A stretch of 64,000 nucleotides of DNA from contig NC_043003.1 in assembly GCF_006345805.1 (NCBI RefSeq), positions 66,650,001 through 66,714,000 on the forward strand. Reading direction: 5' to 3'. The position numbers were made by a program, and so were the translations under genes. The number at the start of each line of letters is the position of its first letter. The stretch's first letter is position 1. Below, piece after piece: positions 1-12,532 of the stretch. The stretch comes from Octopus sinensis. Taxonomy: Eukaryota. Under the pieces are notes generated by a model, which was not told the DNA's origin, did not search any database, and saw nothing but the letters and a program-made list of their open reading frames with translations.

Positions 1-1
1 C

Positions 2-370
2 AACGGAGAGCTTGCTAGGGGCACTAGGTCTAGGAGAAGACCGTTATTACGATACAAGGATGTTTGCAAAAGGAACATGAATGCCTGCAACATCAATATT
101 ACCAACTGGGAAGCAGTTGCCAGCAACCGTAGAGATTGGCGACGTACCGTAAAAGAGGGATCACAAAGGAGTGACATAGAGAGAGAGGAGAAATGGAAAG
201 ACAAGAAAAGACGTCAACAAGAAACTGTGACATTACAACCAGCTAGGCAATGTCTTCGCTACATTTGCGGCACGTGCCAGAGGCAGTGTTTGTCCAGGAT
301 AGGACTACACAGCCATAGAAGGAGATGTATTAGGACAACAATATATATGGATTTCGTAGACAGGAACTGA
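2..370 (+). mobile_element. 3' end of an RTE-clade LINE ORF (post-RT C-terminus with Cys/His tail); continues off the left edge
   Basis: Frame from nt 2 reads NGELARGTRSRRRPLLRYKDVCKRNMNACNINITNWEAVASNRRDWRRTVKEG...YICGTCQRQCLSRIGLHSHRRRC. The G.R..GRP..RYKD, WE..A..R..WR and C..C.R.C.SRIGL.SH motifs are typical of RTE C-termini. Confidence 0.8.
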
Positions 371-648
371 AACAAATCAATCGTATATATATGTATGTAT
401 ATATGTAAGTGTATGTGTGTGTCGTTGTCTCTGTGTCTCGCCCTCATCACTGCTTCACAATTGCTGTTCAATTATTTACATCCACATAACTTACTGGTTT
501 CACAAGAACAAACTAATAGATTAAGTACTAGGCTTATCAACATAAAAAAGCATTAGGCTGTGTCGCATATTTTTGTTTGCCCACTCAGTTGTATCTATCA
601 ATTTATCTTTGTATGTGTGTGTGTGTGTATATCTCTATCTACATCTCT

Positions 649-708
<60 letters not shown>

Positions 709-712
<4 letters not shown>

Positions 713-2038
713 TATATATATAAAACACCCTAACGGGAGCCTTAACTCCCAAATTTTAGTCATTTCTTTTATGATCCAAAACTAGGTCAAAAGTACTGAA
801 CGGATCTTTATGAAATTTGGAAATTATATTCTATGCATAAGGGCCATAACCCCAATGAGAATTCATATATTTTTGCTGTTAATGAAATTTTAACCATAGA
901 TATAAGACACAAATGAAGTAATATTTTTAAATTTCATCTTCTTACAAAGTTAGAAAGACCCCTCCATGGGGACTTAACACCAACAATTTTGTCATTTTAT
1001 CTAAGCAAAAACGAATACAGTTGTGCTCTTGAAAGTTGTAGGGTTACCCGAGCATAAAAGTTGTGCAATATTTCTAATTCAATGGTACTACAGTGTAACA
1101 GTTTGCTTTGAAATACACTTACATTGTTATTTCTGCAATGTGGTGCATAAATTGTCAAGTAAATGAGAGGCATCTTTGCCTCCACTGATTCAGTTGCAAA
1201 AGTGTTGAGTAAAGTTGATTGCAGACCTCCTTTCAGTCTTTTTATTATCACTCGGTCACACATAGTCCCCAGATGGTAACATTGATTTCAAGGCCTTCCC
1301 AAATGAGTGACTGGTAATTCAAAGACATCTATAGATTTTTAATTTATTCTGTCCAGTTACGTATCAGTATAGTGGTCATTTGCAAACTCCAGAGGTGACA
1401 CTTTAATTTCTCCTTAGCCCTCACGTCACACAGTTGTTAATGTTGATTTCAGTTGGGTCACGCCTTTCCAATTCCTATAGATTCGTAATGCATCTTACGG
1501 CTGTGCCTGCCACCTGGATGGTGAGGAATCCTACATTGGGAGTGGTAACGACTAGGGTAGGGTAACTGACTGCTTGTTGTAATCATTCGTCTTTTGGTTT
1601 CCTGTAGCTTTGCTCTCTTTTACAAACCCAGTGAACATATATTTCCTATTTCAAAGAAATTCAAACAATAGATATAAGACCCAAGTTAAAAAGATTTTCA
1701 ACAATTCAACTTCTCTGGTTGACATTAAGATGCCCACTCCCAACAGGGGCCTTAACTCTCACATTTTAGAGCTGCATGACCTTCATTTTTCAGGAGCAAA
1801 ATCATTTTAACAGGTTCAATAAGACTAGAATTTTGGAATATGCGCATAAAAATCAGTAGTGTGGGATACATGTGGCACGGTTACAATTTTTTTAGGGTGT
1901 GTAAAGAGGGAAATAACCCACATCTGCAATTTTGATGAAATTCGAAACATAGATATTCCAGTTCATTACAGAAGATATAACAGAAAAGTCTAATTCTTCA
2001 ATTAAATGTAACCTGGCAACGCCGGGTATCTCTGCTAG
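709..2038 (+). mobile_element. Putative non-autonomous Helitron
   Basis: 3' terminus has a GC hairpin (cctggcaacgccggg, 2012-2026) 8 nt before CTAG (2035-2038), followed by T. It matches the termini at 9575 and 11048. The 5' boundary (tttatatatataaaac) is only approximate. Confidence 0.55.
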
Positions 2039-2052
2039 TATATATATACATT

Positions 2053-2083
<31 letters not shown>

Positions 2084-2552
2084 GTATATATATGTATATA
2101 TATATATATATGTATATAAATATATATATATATATATTATATATATACATATATGTATATATATATATACACATATATATAAACATAAATGTATCTATAT
2201 ATAAAGTGCATGTGTATAATATCTATCTACTAATCTATCCATGTGTTTGTCTCTGTCTGTCAGTCCCTCTCTCTCATATGTATATATATATTATATATAT
2301 ATATATATATATAATATATATATATATTATATATTATATATATATATATATATATATTATGAATACAGTCACACACGTGCGCGCATCACATGTATATGAC
2401 CGCGTGACTTCGAAATTTCAGCCAGCTATGCTGAAACATCGAAGTCGCTATCGATAATAATCTTGTTCAAGAATGATAAATTTTTACTCCACAAAAGTAG
2501 AGATTTAATGTAAAATTGCTTTTATCATAACTGAATATAAAACCCAAATATG

Positions 2553-2585
<33 letters not shown>

Positions 2586-3639
2586 TATACACACTCATAT
2601 ATGTCCTCGCGTTGTGTTTTCTCTTTGTATTGTTATGTTGTTATGTTTGGATTAACTTTATATATATATATATATATATATAACTGAAGACTGAGGGGTT
2701 CGAATGTCCTGTCCATGTTTATTGTATCGTCTTCTATGAGTATACGTTCTTGTCCATTTGTATTTTTCTACATACCTTATAATATATTATATATATATAT
2801 ATATAATATATATATATATATATAATAATTAATAAGGGTGAGAGAATTAGATACTAATTTAATAGTATATTTATTCAACACCAAGTGGCCTAGTGCTACG
2901 AGAAACCTGGATTATTATAATATTTTATAACATATTACAATACTTTTACAAAACAAATATAAGAGAGTGGTCAATATATTGCTCACTCTAGCACCAGTTA
3001 ATCCAAAAGGTTTCAACCACGAAGATACATGTTTCCCATGAAAGCCAGTACGACTGTTAGCTCACACGTATAGGTATATATATATATATGTATAGGTATA
3101 TATATATATATACCTATACATGTAAATACACATACATATAAGTGTGTGTGTGTGTGTGTGAAAAGGAAATGCCAACGAGAATGAGAACATGAGCAAGGAG
3201 AACAAGAAATAATGGTAATAATAATTATACTGCCAGAGAAGAACAAGAAGAACAAGAAGGAATTGAAAAACTGTGTCTGTTTCCTTCTTCTAAATTAAAG
3301 AATATTCGCTATGATTGGCGTACGATTCCTCTTAAACGGGAGAGAGCAATTTCTCCGTAAAATTATTGTCGAGCGAAGCATGAAGGCGATAATGTTAAAT
3401 GTAATGGACGCCATCTTGCATGAAAACCAATTTTTGACATCGTTTTCTAAATACCTTTCAATCTCAGAGGTTGTAAATTATTTTGTTTTGTTTTGTGTGA
3501 TATTATTTTTTTCTTTTCAGATGAGAATGCAAACTCAATGTTGTGAACAACTAATTGTCTTAAAGCGACCGCTTTTACGCGAACAACTCGCATCCACTTT
3601 TTTTAACCTTTCCGTTTTATTTTCCTTTTAATTTATATT

Positions 3640-3797
3640 CATCATCATTACAATCATGGTCGTCGTCGTCGTCACCGCCACTACCACCATCACCACCACA
3701 ACAACCAACACCACAACCACAACCACCACCACCACCACCACCATCATCATCATCACCACCATCATCATCATCATCATCATCATCGTCGTCATCGTCG

Positions 3798-3832
<35 letters not shown>

Positions 3833-3842
3833 GTCATCATCG

Positions 3843-3886
<44 letters not shown>

Positions 3887-4097
3887 GTCGTCGTCATCAT
3901 CATCCTCACCGTCATCATTCTTCATCATCTTGAACATCGCCTTTTAGTTATGATATTATCATTATTCTTGTTGTTGCTGCTGGTGGTGTTACTGTTGTCG
4001 TCGTTGTTGTTGTTGCTGTTTTCATCATTATCGTCATCGTTATCTTCATCATTGCTATTCTTATCATGATTCTTATTATTATTATGTTATTATTTTT

Positions 4098-4138
<41 letters not shown>

Positions 4139-4142
4139 GTTG

Positions 4143-4200
<58 letters not shown>
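3640..4200. repeat. Compound trinucleotide microsatellite (CAT/CGT/CAC, then GTT, ATT)
   Basis: Seen directly; explains the poly-D/I/M/N ORFs. Confidence 0.95.
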
Positions 4201-4660
4201 CTTCGTAACATACTGTAGGTAAAAATGCACCGGAGCCTTTAGTTGTTTGTCGACTCACAACAAGGTCCGAATCCATCCGAAACACTTCTCAGCGCCCTAA
4301 GTTATTCCATTTCCCAATGCAGAACTGGTGGAAATTACAGGTGGGGAGACGGACTGCGATGAGGACTGGGAGGTAAAAGCACTAAAACGTAAAAAATAAA
4401 CATACAGACAATCAACAACAACAATCATCATCTGTTCGATTGGAGTCAATTTTTTCTGTCTGCTGGTATTAGGAAGTTTCAAAGAATGGTGACGCCCTCG
4501 CTATTTACTACATCTTCTGGATGGTGCCTGTGCCACTTATCATGGGATTTAATTTTGTAGTATTTACAAGCATTCCAGTGGATGTACTGCCCTAAGTCTG
4601 TCATGTCTTATGAGGAACTCCTCTTCTGGGAGGGCTGAGCAGCCAGAAACAAAATCAAGG
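4200..4660 (-). mobile_element. Decayed R4/Dong-like RLE LINE fragments (zinc-knuckle-distal region and 3' end), interrupted by unrelated sequence at ~4295-4435
   Basis: Minus strand with one frameshift reads VSGCSAL..EFLIRHDRLGQYIHWNACKYYKIKSHDKWHRHHPEDVVNSEGVTIL*NF.IPADRKIDSNR. This matches the HDRVGQYIHW...W..H.P....TILWD region of the copies at 38.6 and 50.7 kb. It ends in an (AAT)n tail at ~4200. Confidence 0.7.
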
Positions 4661-4859
4661 CAGTAAAAAATAAATACGCTCAAAACGAACACTACATTGA
4701 CACCACCACCTCTAAAACCTGAAACACAAGCCATTCCGCACAAAACCACAACAACAATCAAAGTCACCATCACCATTACAAATGTCACAACCACGACGAC
4801 GACGACCACCACCACCACCACAGCAACAACAACAACAAACACAAACTAAAGAAGTAACA

Positions 4860-5540
4860 TTAGGAACTACATGGCATTAAACTCAAAAATGATGAATTAA
4901 AGAAATATATAACAGGCACAAATATTTCGTCACACCCATATTCCTCTAACATGTACACATACAAATCATTCAAAGTTAAAAACCCAATTCTTGCAGGAAA
5001 TCGAGGATTTTTGAGCGAATAACATGAAGAGAATTCTTGGTGATTTGCTGTTGGAAACACCCCAAGTCAACAGGAGGGACTGGCAAACCGCCCCTTCAAA
5101 CAACACCAATTAAGTTTTCCCTTTCTTATTTTCTCTTTTTTCCGACAACATAGACGTGTACAAAATAAGCAGCTTGAATGTACGTGGCATGGGGGTCGTC
5201 TTTGAAGCGGGGTCATCTGCTCAATGACCTCAGAGAACTGAGTGAAAAAGGAAACGAAACGAAGAAAGGTACCTGCCCCCCGAAAGTCAGGGCACCCATG
5301 GTTTTTATGGGGTTTGCCATGAGCAGCCCTCGAACGTCTCCTTCCTATTAAAGATTACACATTGTTGATTTGTTTTTTATTTTTTATTTTTTATTTTATT
5401 AGTCTTGTTTAGACGCAAAACCCTCACAACTACACACACTCACACACATACAAACACACACACACACCTATTTTTGTTTTGTCCTGTACTGTCCATAATG
5501 TTTTCCTTCATGTAAACCCTTGTGGTTAATAAAGAAATCA

Positions 5541-5545
<5 letters not shown>
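4860..5545 (+). mobile_element. Unclassified retroelement-like 3' region ending in AATAAA
   Basis: GC-balanced non-simple sequence ending gtggttaataaagaaatc next to an (ATT)n tract; no recognisable protein motif. Confidence 0.3.
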
Positions 5546-5584
<39 letters not shown>

Positions 5585-5585
<1 letters not shown>

Positions 5586-5875
5586 TATGGTTTCTTTTCA
5601 TTATAACTTAATTTCAACTGCCTTACTACGGGGCATCCTCCGGAAGCCAAGAGTAGGAAAGGCACTTTTGTTTTGCTATGCAAGCTAAAATAGTCACCAC
5701 ATTTATTCCATTTTAGATGGAGAGTGCTTTCCGTAGTATATGGGCTGTACCCATCAAGGTTATCTTTTGTAGTTCATGGAGATTGGAGTTACGAGGGAGT
5801 TGCCTAATATACTTCTCAGCTCCCTTCTTTATCATTCCCAACCCACCAATCACCACTGGTATTATCGGGTTCAAC
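5585..5875 (-). mobile_element. R4/Dong-like LINE 3' end
   Basis: Minus strand reads IIPVVIGGLGMIKKGAEKYIRQLPRNSNLHELQKITLMGTAHILRKALSI*, the RLE C-terminal PV.IGALG...LQK..L.GTAHILRK motif. The 3' UTR runs into (AAT)n at 5542-5585. Confidence 0.8.
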
Positions 5876-6050
5876 TGGCGCTTATTTTATCAACTCCGAA
5901 AGGATGAAAGGCAAATACGACCTCGGTAGAATTTTAAATAATAATAATAATGGATGGTATCGACCTATCTTCTCCTCTGAAATTGCTGGCCTTGTGCTAA
6001 AATTTGTAAGGATTTCGAATATTATCATTATTAATCTTGTTGCTGAAGCA

Positions 6051-6122
6051 GCAGCAGTCGCCGCAGCAGTCGCCGCAGCAGTCGCCGCAGCAGTCGCCGC
6101 AGCAGTCGCCGCAGCAGTCGCC

Positions 6123-6190
<68 letters not shown>

Positions 6191-6420
6191 GGTGGTGGTG
6201 GTGGTGGTGGTGGTGGTAGTGGTAGTAGTAGTAGTAGTAGTAGTAGAAGCAGCAGCAGCAGTAGTAGTAGTAGTAGTAGTAGTAATATTAGTAGTAGTAG
6301 TATAGTAGTAGTAGTAGTGGTGTGTGGTGGTGGTGGTGGTGGTGGTGGTAGTGGTAGTAGTAGTAGTAGTAGTAGTAGAAGCAGCAGCAGCAGTAGTAGT
6401 AGTAGTAGTAGTAGTAATAT

Positions 6421-6458
<38 letters not shown>

Positions 6459-6460
6459 TT
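6051..6460. repeat. 12-mer minisatellite (GCAGCAGTCGCC)x6 followed by compound (GTA/GTG)n microsatellite
   Basis: Six exact 12-mers at 6051-6122; GTA/GTG arrays follow. Confidence 0.95.
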
Positions 6461-6935
6461 CTATCTCCTGTTTCCTTCTCTTCTCTTTTCCATCTTTGAT
6501 TATTGGATTTTTTCTGCTTTCGTCTCCGTCTGATGTTTATACTCGCATTAACTCTGATGTAGTGTGCATTCGACCAAAGACCCTTCCTGTTCCGACTGTC
6601 TCACATTTTTCGTATAAGATAAAAACACATCTTAGTATGCGGAGTGTATATGCTACTGACAGAGCCCAACCAAGCAGAAATGCGCATCTATCATTCGCAG
6701 AACCGCTGGTGAACAATATTCGTCTACTACTGATATATTTCTTTGTTTATTTAACACAGTGCGTCCTTAAGAGATAGTATCACGGAAAGAACAACGCAGT
6801 TAATCTAGTTGTTATGTATTTGGATTAATAATGGTTCACAGACGGATATGCATACATAATTACATATATACATACATATATACATACATACATCATACAT
6901 ACATACATACATACATACATACATACATACATACA

Positions 6936-6971
<36 letters not shown>

Positions 6972-7023
6972 TATATACTCACATACTTATATATATAATT
7001 ATACTCACATACATGAGACCAAA

Positions 7024-7058
<35 letters not shown>

Positions 7059-7503
7059 CATACCATACACACATACTCACACACACGTACGTATATACAT
7101 GTAATTATGTATGTTTATTAATATATATCTACGTATGTATGTTTATTTGAGGCGGATTGGACCTTCTTGCGGCATACTGCGTTAGTGGCAGAGATAACTT
7201 CATACAGAATTTATAAATATTTACCGGAGAAAAAATTGTTTTCTGAGGGTAGGTTATATGGATGTTCAGATGTCTGACAATATATTAGGAAATACTTTGT
7301 TCCAAGAACATAGAAGGAATGTTAAGTTTTTGAATATCATTACATATGCCATAAGAGTTCAAAAAAAAAGTAAAGTAGAAAAGTATGTAATAGTTGCATG
7401 TGATGAAGGAAAAGGAGAAAAACTAGAAAATAGGAAAGCTGACGAAAGAGGGATGGAAGATAAAACTAGAAGAAATTAAAAGAAAATTAAAACTGAAAGT
7501 ATA

Positions 7504-7541
<38 letters not shown>

Positions 7542-7907
7542 TAGAGAGAGAGAGGGAGAGGGGGAGAGAGAAGAAATAAGAAAAATAAAGAATAAGCTTG
7601 ATTAAGAGGATGTAATGAGGATGTAATGTTTAGAAAGTATTTTAGGCGTGTAGGTTCCAGTTAGAACAATGGGAATTAATTAAACTTCAAACTAACGAGT
7701 TTGGTTGTGATGTGAAGAGGGTCTTTGAACAGGTTTTTAGCAATGGATTTGTCAGATCGATTGTAGGTTTGTAATATGTGTTTGTACGTACATGCGCACA
7801 GAGCTTGACTTGAAGAATTACATTGCAGGTTTGGGTTAATTACTTGAAAAGGCGTGTACAATTATATATGTATTTGTGTGTGTGTGTGTATTTCTGTGCG
7901 GGTGTGC

Positions 7908-8100
7908 GTGTGCGTGGCCTCGTGGTTAGTGTATTGCACTCACGATCGATATATTATAAGTTCGATTCCTGGACTGGGTGGCTCGTTGTGTTCTTTACTA
8001 CAGCACTTCATTTCACTTTCCTCCAGTCCAGTCCAGTCCAGTCAGATATAAATGGGTAACCCAGGACTGTCTTTCCAATAAGGGGGAATGTTAGCCTGAT
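7908..8100 (+). mobile_element. Degenerate tRNA-derived SINE (copy 1 within the duplication)
   Basis: A-box-like tggcctcgtggtt and B-box-like agttcgattcc (7959-7969). Confidence 0.6.
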
Positions 8101-8769
8101 CATTTTTCTAGCGGAGACGCGTCATTCGAAGGGTTAAAACAATGCGAGGCGCATTGTGACCAGCGATGTAAGACAACATACGATATTCTGATCGGTAGCG
8201 TGATGTATATTTGTGTGTGTATGAATGTGTATAGATATGTATGTATACACACACACACTCACATATATATATATATATATTATATATATATATATATATA
8301 GATATATATATATATACATACATACCATACACACATACTCACACACACGTACGTATATACATGTAATTATGTATGTTTATTAATATATATCTACGTATGT
8401 ATGTTATTTGAGGCGGATTGGACCTTCTTGCGGCATACTGCGTTAGTGGCAGAGATAACTTCATACAGAATTTATAAATATTTACCGGAGAAAAAATTGT
8501 TTTCTGAGGGTAGGTTATATGGATGTTCAGATGTCTGACAATATATTAGGAAATACTTTGTTCCAAGAACATAGAAGGAATGTTAAGTTTTTGAATATCA
8601 TTACATATGCCATAAGAGTTCAAAAAAAAAAGTAAAGTAGAAAAGTATGTAATAGTTGCATGTGATGAAGGAAAAGGAGAAAAACTAGAAAATAGGAAAG
8701 CTGACGAAAGAGGGATGGGAAGATAAAACTAGAAGAAATTTAAAAGAAAATTAAAACTGAAAGTATAAG

Positions 8770-8801
<32 letters not shown>

Positions 8802-9167
8802 TAGAGAGAGAGAGGGAGAGGGGGAGAGAGAAGAAATAAGAAAAATAAAGAATAAGCTTGATTAAGAGGATGTAATGAGGATGTAATGTTTAGAAAGTAT
8901 TTTAGGCGTGTAGGTTCCAGTTAGAACAATGGGAATTAATTAAACTTCAAACTAACGAGTTTGGTTGTGATGTGAAGAGGGTCTTTGAACAGGTTTTTAG
9001 CAATGGATTTGTCAGATCGATTGTAGGTTTGTAATATGTGTTTGTACGTACATGCGCACAGAGCTTGACTTGAAGAATTACATTGCAGGTTTGGGTTAAT
9101 TACTTGAAAAGGCGTGTACAATTATATATGTATTTGTGTGTGTGTGTGTATTTCTGTGCGGGTGTGC

Positions 9168-9360
9168 GTGTGCGTGGCCTCGTGGTTAGTGTATTGCACT
9201 CACGATCGATATATTATAAGTTCGATTCCTGGACTGGGTGGCTCGTTGTGTTCTTTACTACAGCACTTCATTTCACTTTCCTCCAGTCCAGTCCAGTCCA
9301 GTCAGATATAAATGGGTAACCCAGGACTGTCTTTCCAATAAGGGGGAATGTTAGCCTGAT
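9168..9360 (+). mobile_element. Degenerate tRNA-derived SINE (copy 2 within the duplication)
   Basis: Copy of 7908-8100. Confidence 0.6.
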
Positions 9361-9520
9361 CATTTTTCTAGCGGAGACGCGTCATTCGAAGGGTAAAACA
9401 ATGCGAGGCGCATTGTGACCAGCGATGTAAGACAACATACGATATTCTGATCGGTAGCGTGATGTATATTTGTGTGTGTATGAATTGTATAGATATGTAT
9501 GTATACACACACACACTCAC

Positions 9521-9574
<54 letters not shown>

Positions 9575-9966
9575 CTAGCAGTATCGCCCGGCGTTGCTCG
9601 GGTTTGTAAGGGAAATAACTATATAAGCTTTTAGAGAGTTATGGCAAAAAATAGGAAAAAAATGCATTAAAAATGGAAAAAAAATTAAGGTAAATTTCTT
9701 TTTAAATCGTTGACACATCGTAGATATTTTTAGAGAGTTACTTCCCTTATATAATAGCGAAAAAATGCATTAAAATGGAAAAATATGATAGTAAATTTTT
9801 TTAAATCGTAGACTCATCGTAGACGCGCGCTAATACCCAGAAGGGCTCGATATGACTCACGACTATAAGATACCCGGTTTTGGTTACACTGCACTGCAAA
9901 ATGTGGGAGTAGTTAGGAATCTAAATCGTAGGAGACAGACACACAACTTCACTCTTTATATAAAGA
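9575..9966 (-). mobile_element. Short non-autonomous Helitron (type A)
   Basis: Minus strand starts A|TCTTTATATAAAG at 9966 and ends with hairpin cccgagcaacgccggg plus CTAG|T at 9575. Its internal sequence is shared with 11640-11886. Confidence 0.8.
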
Positions 9967-10077
9967 TATAAGTCACATAGTATATACACATACTTTGTTA
10001 TATACACATTCTTAAAAGAAAATGTTATTTTGAATACAACATTTATAAAGAATAAAATATTTTTGGGTTTTTCTTAA

Positions 10078-10745
10078 CCCTTTCGTTACTATATTCTGAC
10101 CAAAATACACCCCTTATGTGTTTCAATTAATTTCTAACGTAATCATAAATTTAGTCTGGTTTCATTAAACAACAATAACTTTTTTATTTATCAATATATT
10201 AACGTGAATTTGGAAGATAATTTAATGAAATGTCCTCAACCAATTCTATACTATAATTTTTGTCACAAAGTGACTCTAATTGCAGGTAGATACAGGTAAA
10301 TTCAACAATATATAAAATTATTAAAATTTTGTTCAAACATCGCTATAGAAAATGGGTTATTAGCTAATATTCAATGGGTATACAACAAAATTTTACGATA
10401 GAATTTGTTATTCTGGGTAACTTTCTGATACCCATAATAACATTTATGGCAAAATAGGCCTTAATTTCATTTAAGGTTGTGGGAAATAACAAACTATCCT
10501 TTCTTTCGTTTTGTTTACGTTTAGCGTAACGTTTCGTTTCTGCCGTAATGATTTCAAATGGGCTCATTCGAAAAGTAAATAGAAATAGTCTAAGGCTTTA
10601 CTCTTCTGGGAAAGTCTGTGGCTTGTGGTGCAGTTTCTTCAGAAAAATCACCGAAAGAAACAGTTTTTAAATTTTCACTCCATTCAGGTACCAATTCGTT
10701 TTCTTTATCGCTGTCGGATTCACTGTTTTCACTTTAATAGCTGCA
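10078..10745 (-). mobile_element. piggyBac remnant: N-terminal transposase fragment plus one TTAA-CCCT terminus
   Basis: TTAA (10074-10077) then CCCTTTCGTTAC terminus. Minus-strand translation gives acidic SESDSDKENELVPEWSENL..., then PFEIITAETKRYA...PTTLNEIKAYFAINVIMGIRKLPRI, the piggyBac F..I..ETN.YA / EI.AF.G..I.MGI..LP motif. Internally deleted. Confidence 0.8.
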
Positions 10746-10789
10746 AACTTGCAAAGACAAAGGAGGAGAAGGGTGATAGCGTCAGTGAA

Positions 10790-11047
10790 ACAATCGCTCC
10801 CTTTGTGTGTGTGTGCGTTGTGTGTGGTGTAAACCACATTAAGAAAAACATTTGACATACACACCAGAATGTGAGTTTTCTGTAAATTTTGCTTAATTGG
10901 AGTTTAAATTTTAAAAACTGGACCTGGCATGACCCGATGCATTCTACTCTTAAAAATGCTGGGTAAATTGTAATTGAAGAAATCCTATATTGTAGATTTC
11001 TATAACTTACAAAGGGAGGCAGATAAAATCTGCCTTTTATAATAAGA
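10790..11047 (-). mobile_element. Helitron-like 5' terminal segment (type B), copy 2
   Basis: Minus strand starts TCTTATTATAAAAGGCAG directly after the CTAG of the upstream Helitron; ~240 bp near-identical to 12290-12530. Confidence 0.65.
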
Positions 11048-11886
11048 CTAGCAGAATTGCCCGGCGTTATCGGGGCTGAATTGCTTGAAAGTACTGTTAA
11101 TGATTGCACTGAATTATGATGATTATTCAGGCAAAATGAAATAAGCTTACGGTGGGAGATAAGGACTTAACCAAACGTGTGCCATTGCATTGTTTTGGGG
11201 GAACCAAATTTCTGATGAGCATTATAGGGGCACTAACTTTAAGTTTGAGAAAGTGTGGTGGTAGTCCGGGGTGCTCAAAGGAATTGAGTACCTCTATTGG
11301 ATAGTTGATGACGTCCTCTGGGTCAGGAGTTGTATCGATAGACTGATATACATCGACTTCCCCAGGAATGAGTTTTAGCATTTCATCATTAATATGGTGA
11401 ACAGTTTTATTCCTCGGGGCCAGTATAGCCTTTTTGCCAATCCAATCCATATTCTGATAATTAACTTGTAAATCTGGGAACACTGCATCTCTGAGATCAG
11501 AAGGCGTCTTAACAATGGTACAAATGGAATCGATGGCAATATTACCATTTTCATCCCCTGGTATTTTGCCCGCCAAGTGCAAGGAGGGTGTGAGGGAATG
11601 CTGGTGATGTGATATTACGTCGCATATGAGCACGCATATTGGTGTGAAGTTTGAGAGTTACTTCCGTTTATTTTTAAAAATATGCATTAAAATGGAAAAA
11701 AAATGATGGTAAATTATTTGTAAAATCATAGACTCATCGTAGACGCGCGCTAATACCCAGAAGGGCTCGATATGAATCACGACTATAAGATACCCGGTTT
11801 TGGTTAAACTGCATCGCAAAATGTGGGAGTAGTTAGGAATCTAAATCGGAGTAGACAGACACACAACCTTTCTTTTATATATAAAT
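11048..11886 (-). mobile_element. Internally deleted Helitron (type A) retaining a helicase fragment
   Basis: 3' hairpin ccccgataacgccggg plus CTAG at 11048-11051. The 5' part matches the 9575-9966 element; the Pif1-like helicase ORF lies inside. Confidence 0.85.
11127..11590 (-). pseudogene. Helitron RepHel Pif1-like helicase fragment
   Basis: ORF contains VFPDLQVNYQNMDWIGKKAILAPRNKTVHHIN and YPIEVLNSFEHPGLPPHFLKLKVSAPIMLIRNLVPPKQCNGTRL, the canonical Helitron helicase LPPH.L.LK.G.PIML.RN...CNGTRL motif. Confidence 0.92.
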
Positions 11887-12269
11887 ACATACATACACAC
11901 ACACATACATACACACACACACACATACATGCATACATACATATACACATAAACCGAGTAAAACATTTCAGTTATCTCTCTCTTTCACACATTACTCTCT
12001 CTGTCTCTTCACACACACTAACAGAAGACTTCACTTACACAACATACTGTCTGTCTCCCACACTCCATCAAACACACACCACACACACATGTACATCAAT
12101 GAGTCCCATGAACGGTAACTTCAAAGGAACTTCCCTCGTCATACAATCGCTTTCTCTTAGTCTCTTTCGCTCTCATTACTTATGTAAAAAAATAAATTTT
12201 TTCTATGTGTGTAAAGAGGAAGTGGGAGGCAGAGTGAAAGAATCACTCACTACAGTAAGTGAATTACTT

Positions 12270-12532
12270 TCATTTTATTCCTTGCCCACTGTGTGTGTGC
12301 GTTTGCGTGTGGTGTAAACCAGACTAAGAAAAGCATTTGACACACACACCAGAATGTGAGTTTTCTGTAAATTGCTTAATTGGAGTTTAAATTTTAAAAA
12401 CTGGACCTGGCATGACGCGATGCATTGTACTCTTAAAACTGCTAGGTAAATTTTAATTGAAGAAATCCTATATTGTAGATTTGTATAACTCCCAAAGGGA
12501 GGCAGATAAAATCTGCCTTTTATAATAAGAGA
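12270..12532 (-). mobile_element. Helitron-like 5' terminal segment (type B), copy 1
   Basis: Minus strand starts A|TCTCTTATTATAAAAGGCAG; duplicates 10810-11047. Confidence 0.65.

Larger units (their letters stand above)
7045..9570 (+). repeat. Near-perfect tandem duplication, unit ~1260 bp, bounded by (TA)n
   Basis: Identical ORFs offset by 1260 nt (7676/8936, 7823/9083, 7854/9114). The differences I saw are only small indels. Confidence 0.95.

Noticed and set aside
997-1810. Helicase coding remnants inside the left Helitron
   Set aside because: Frames examined gave no convincing Helitron motif.
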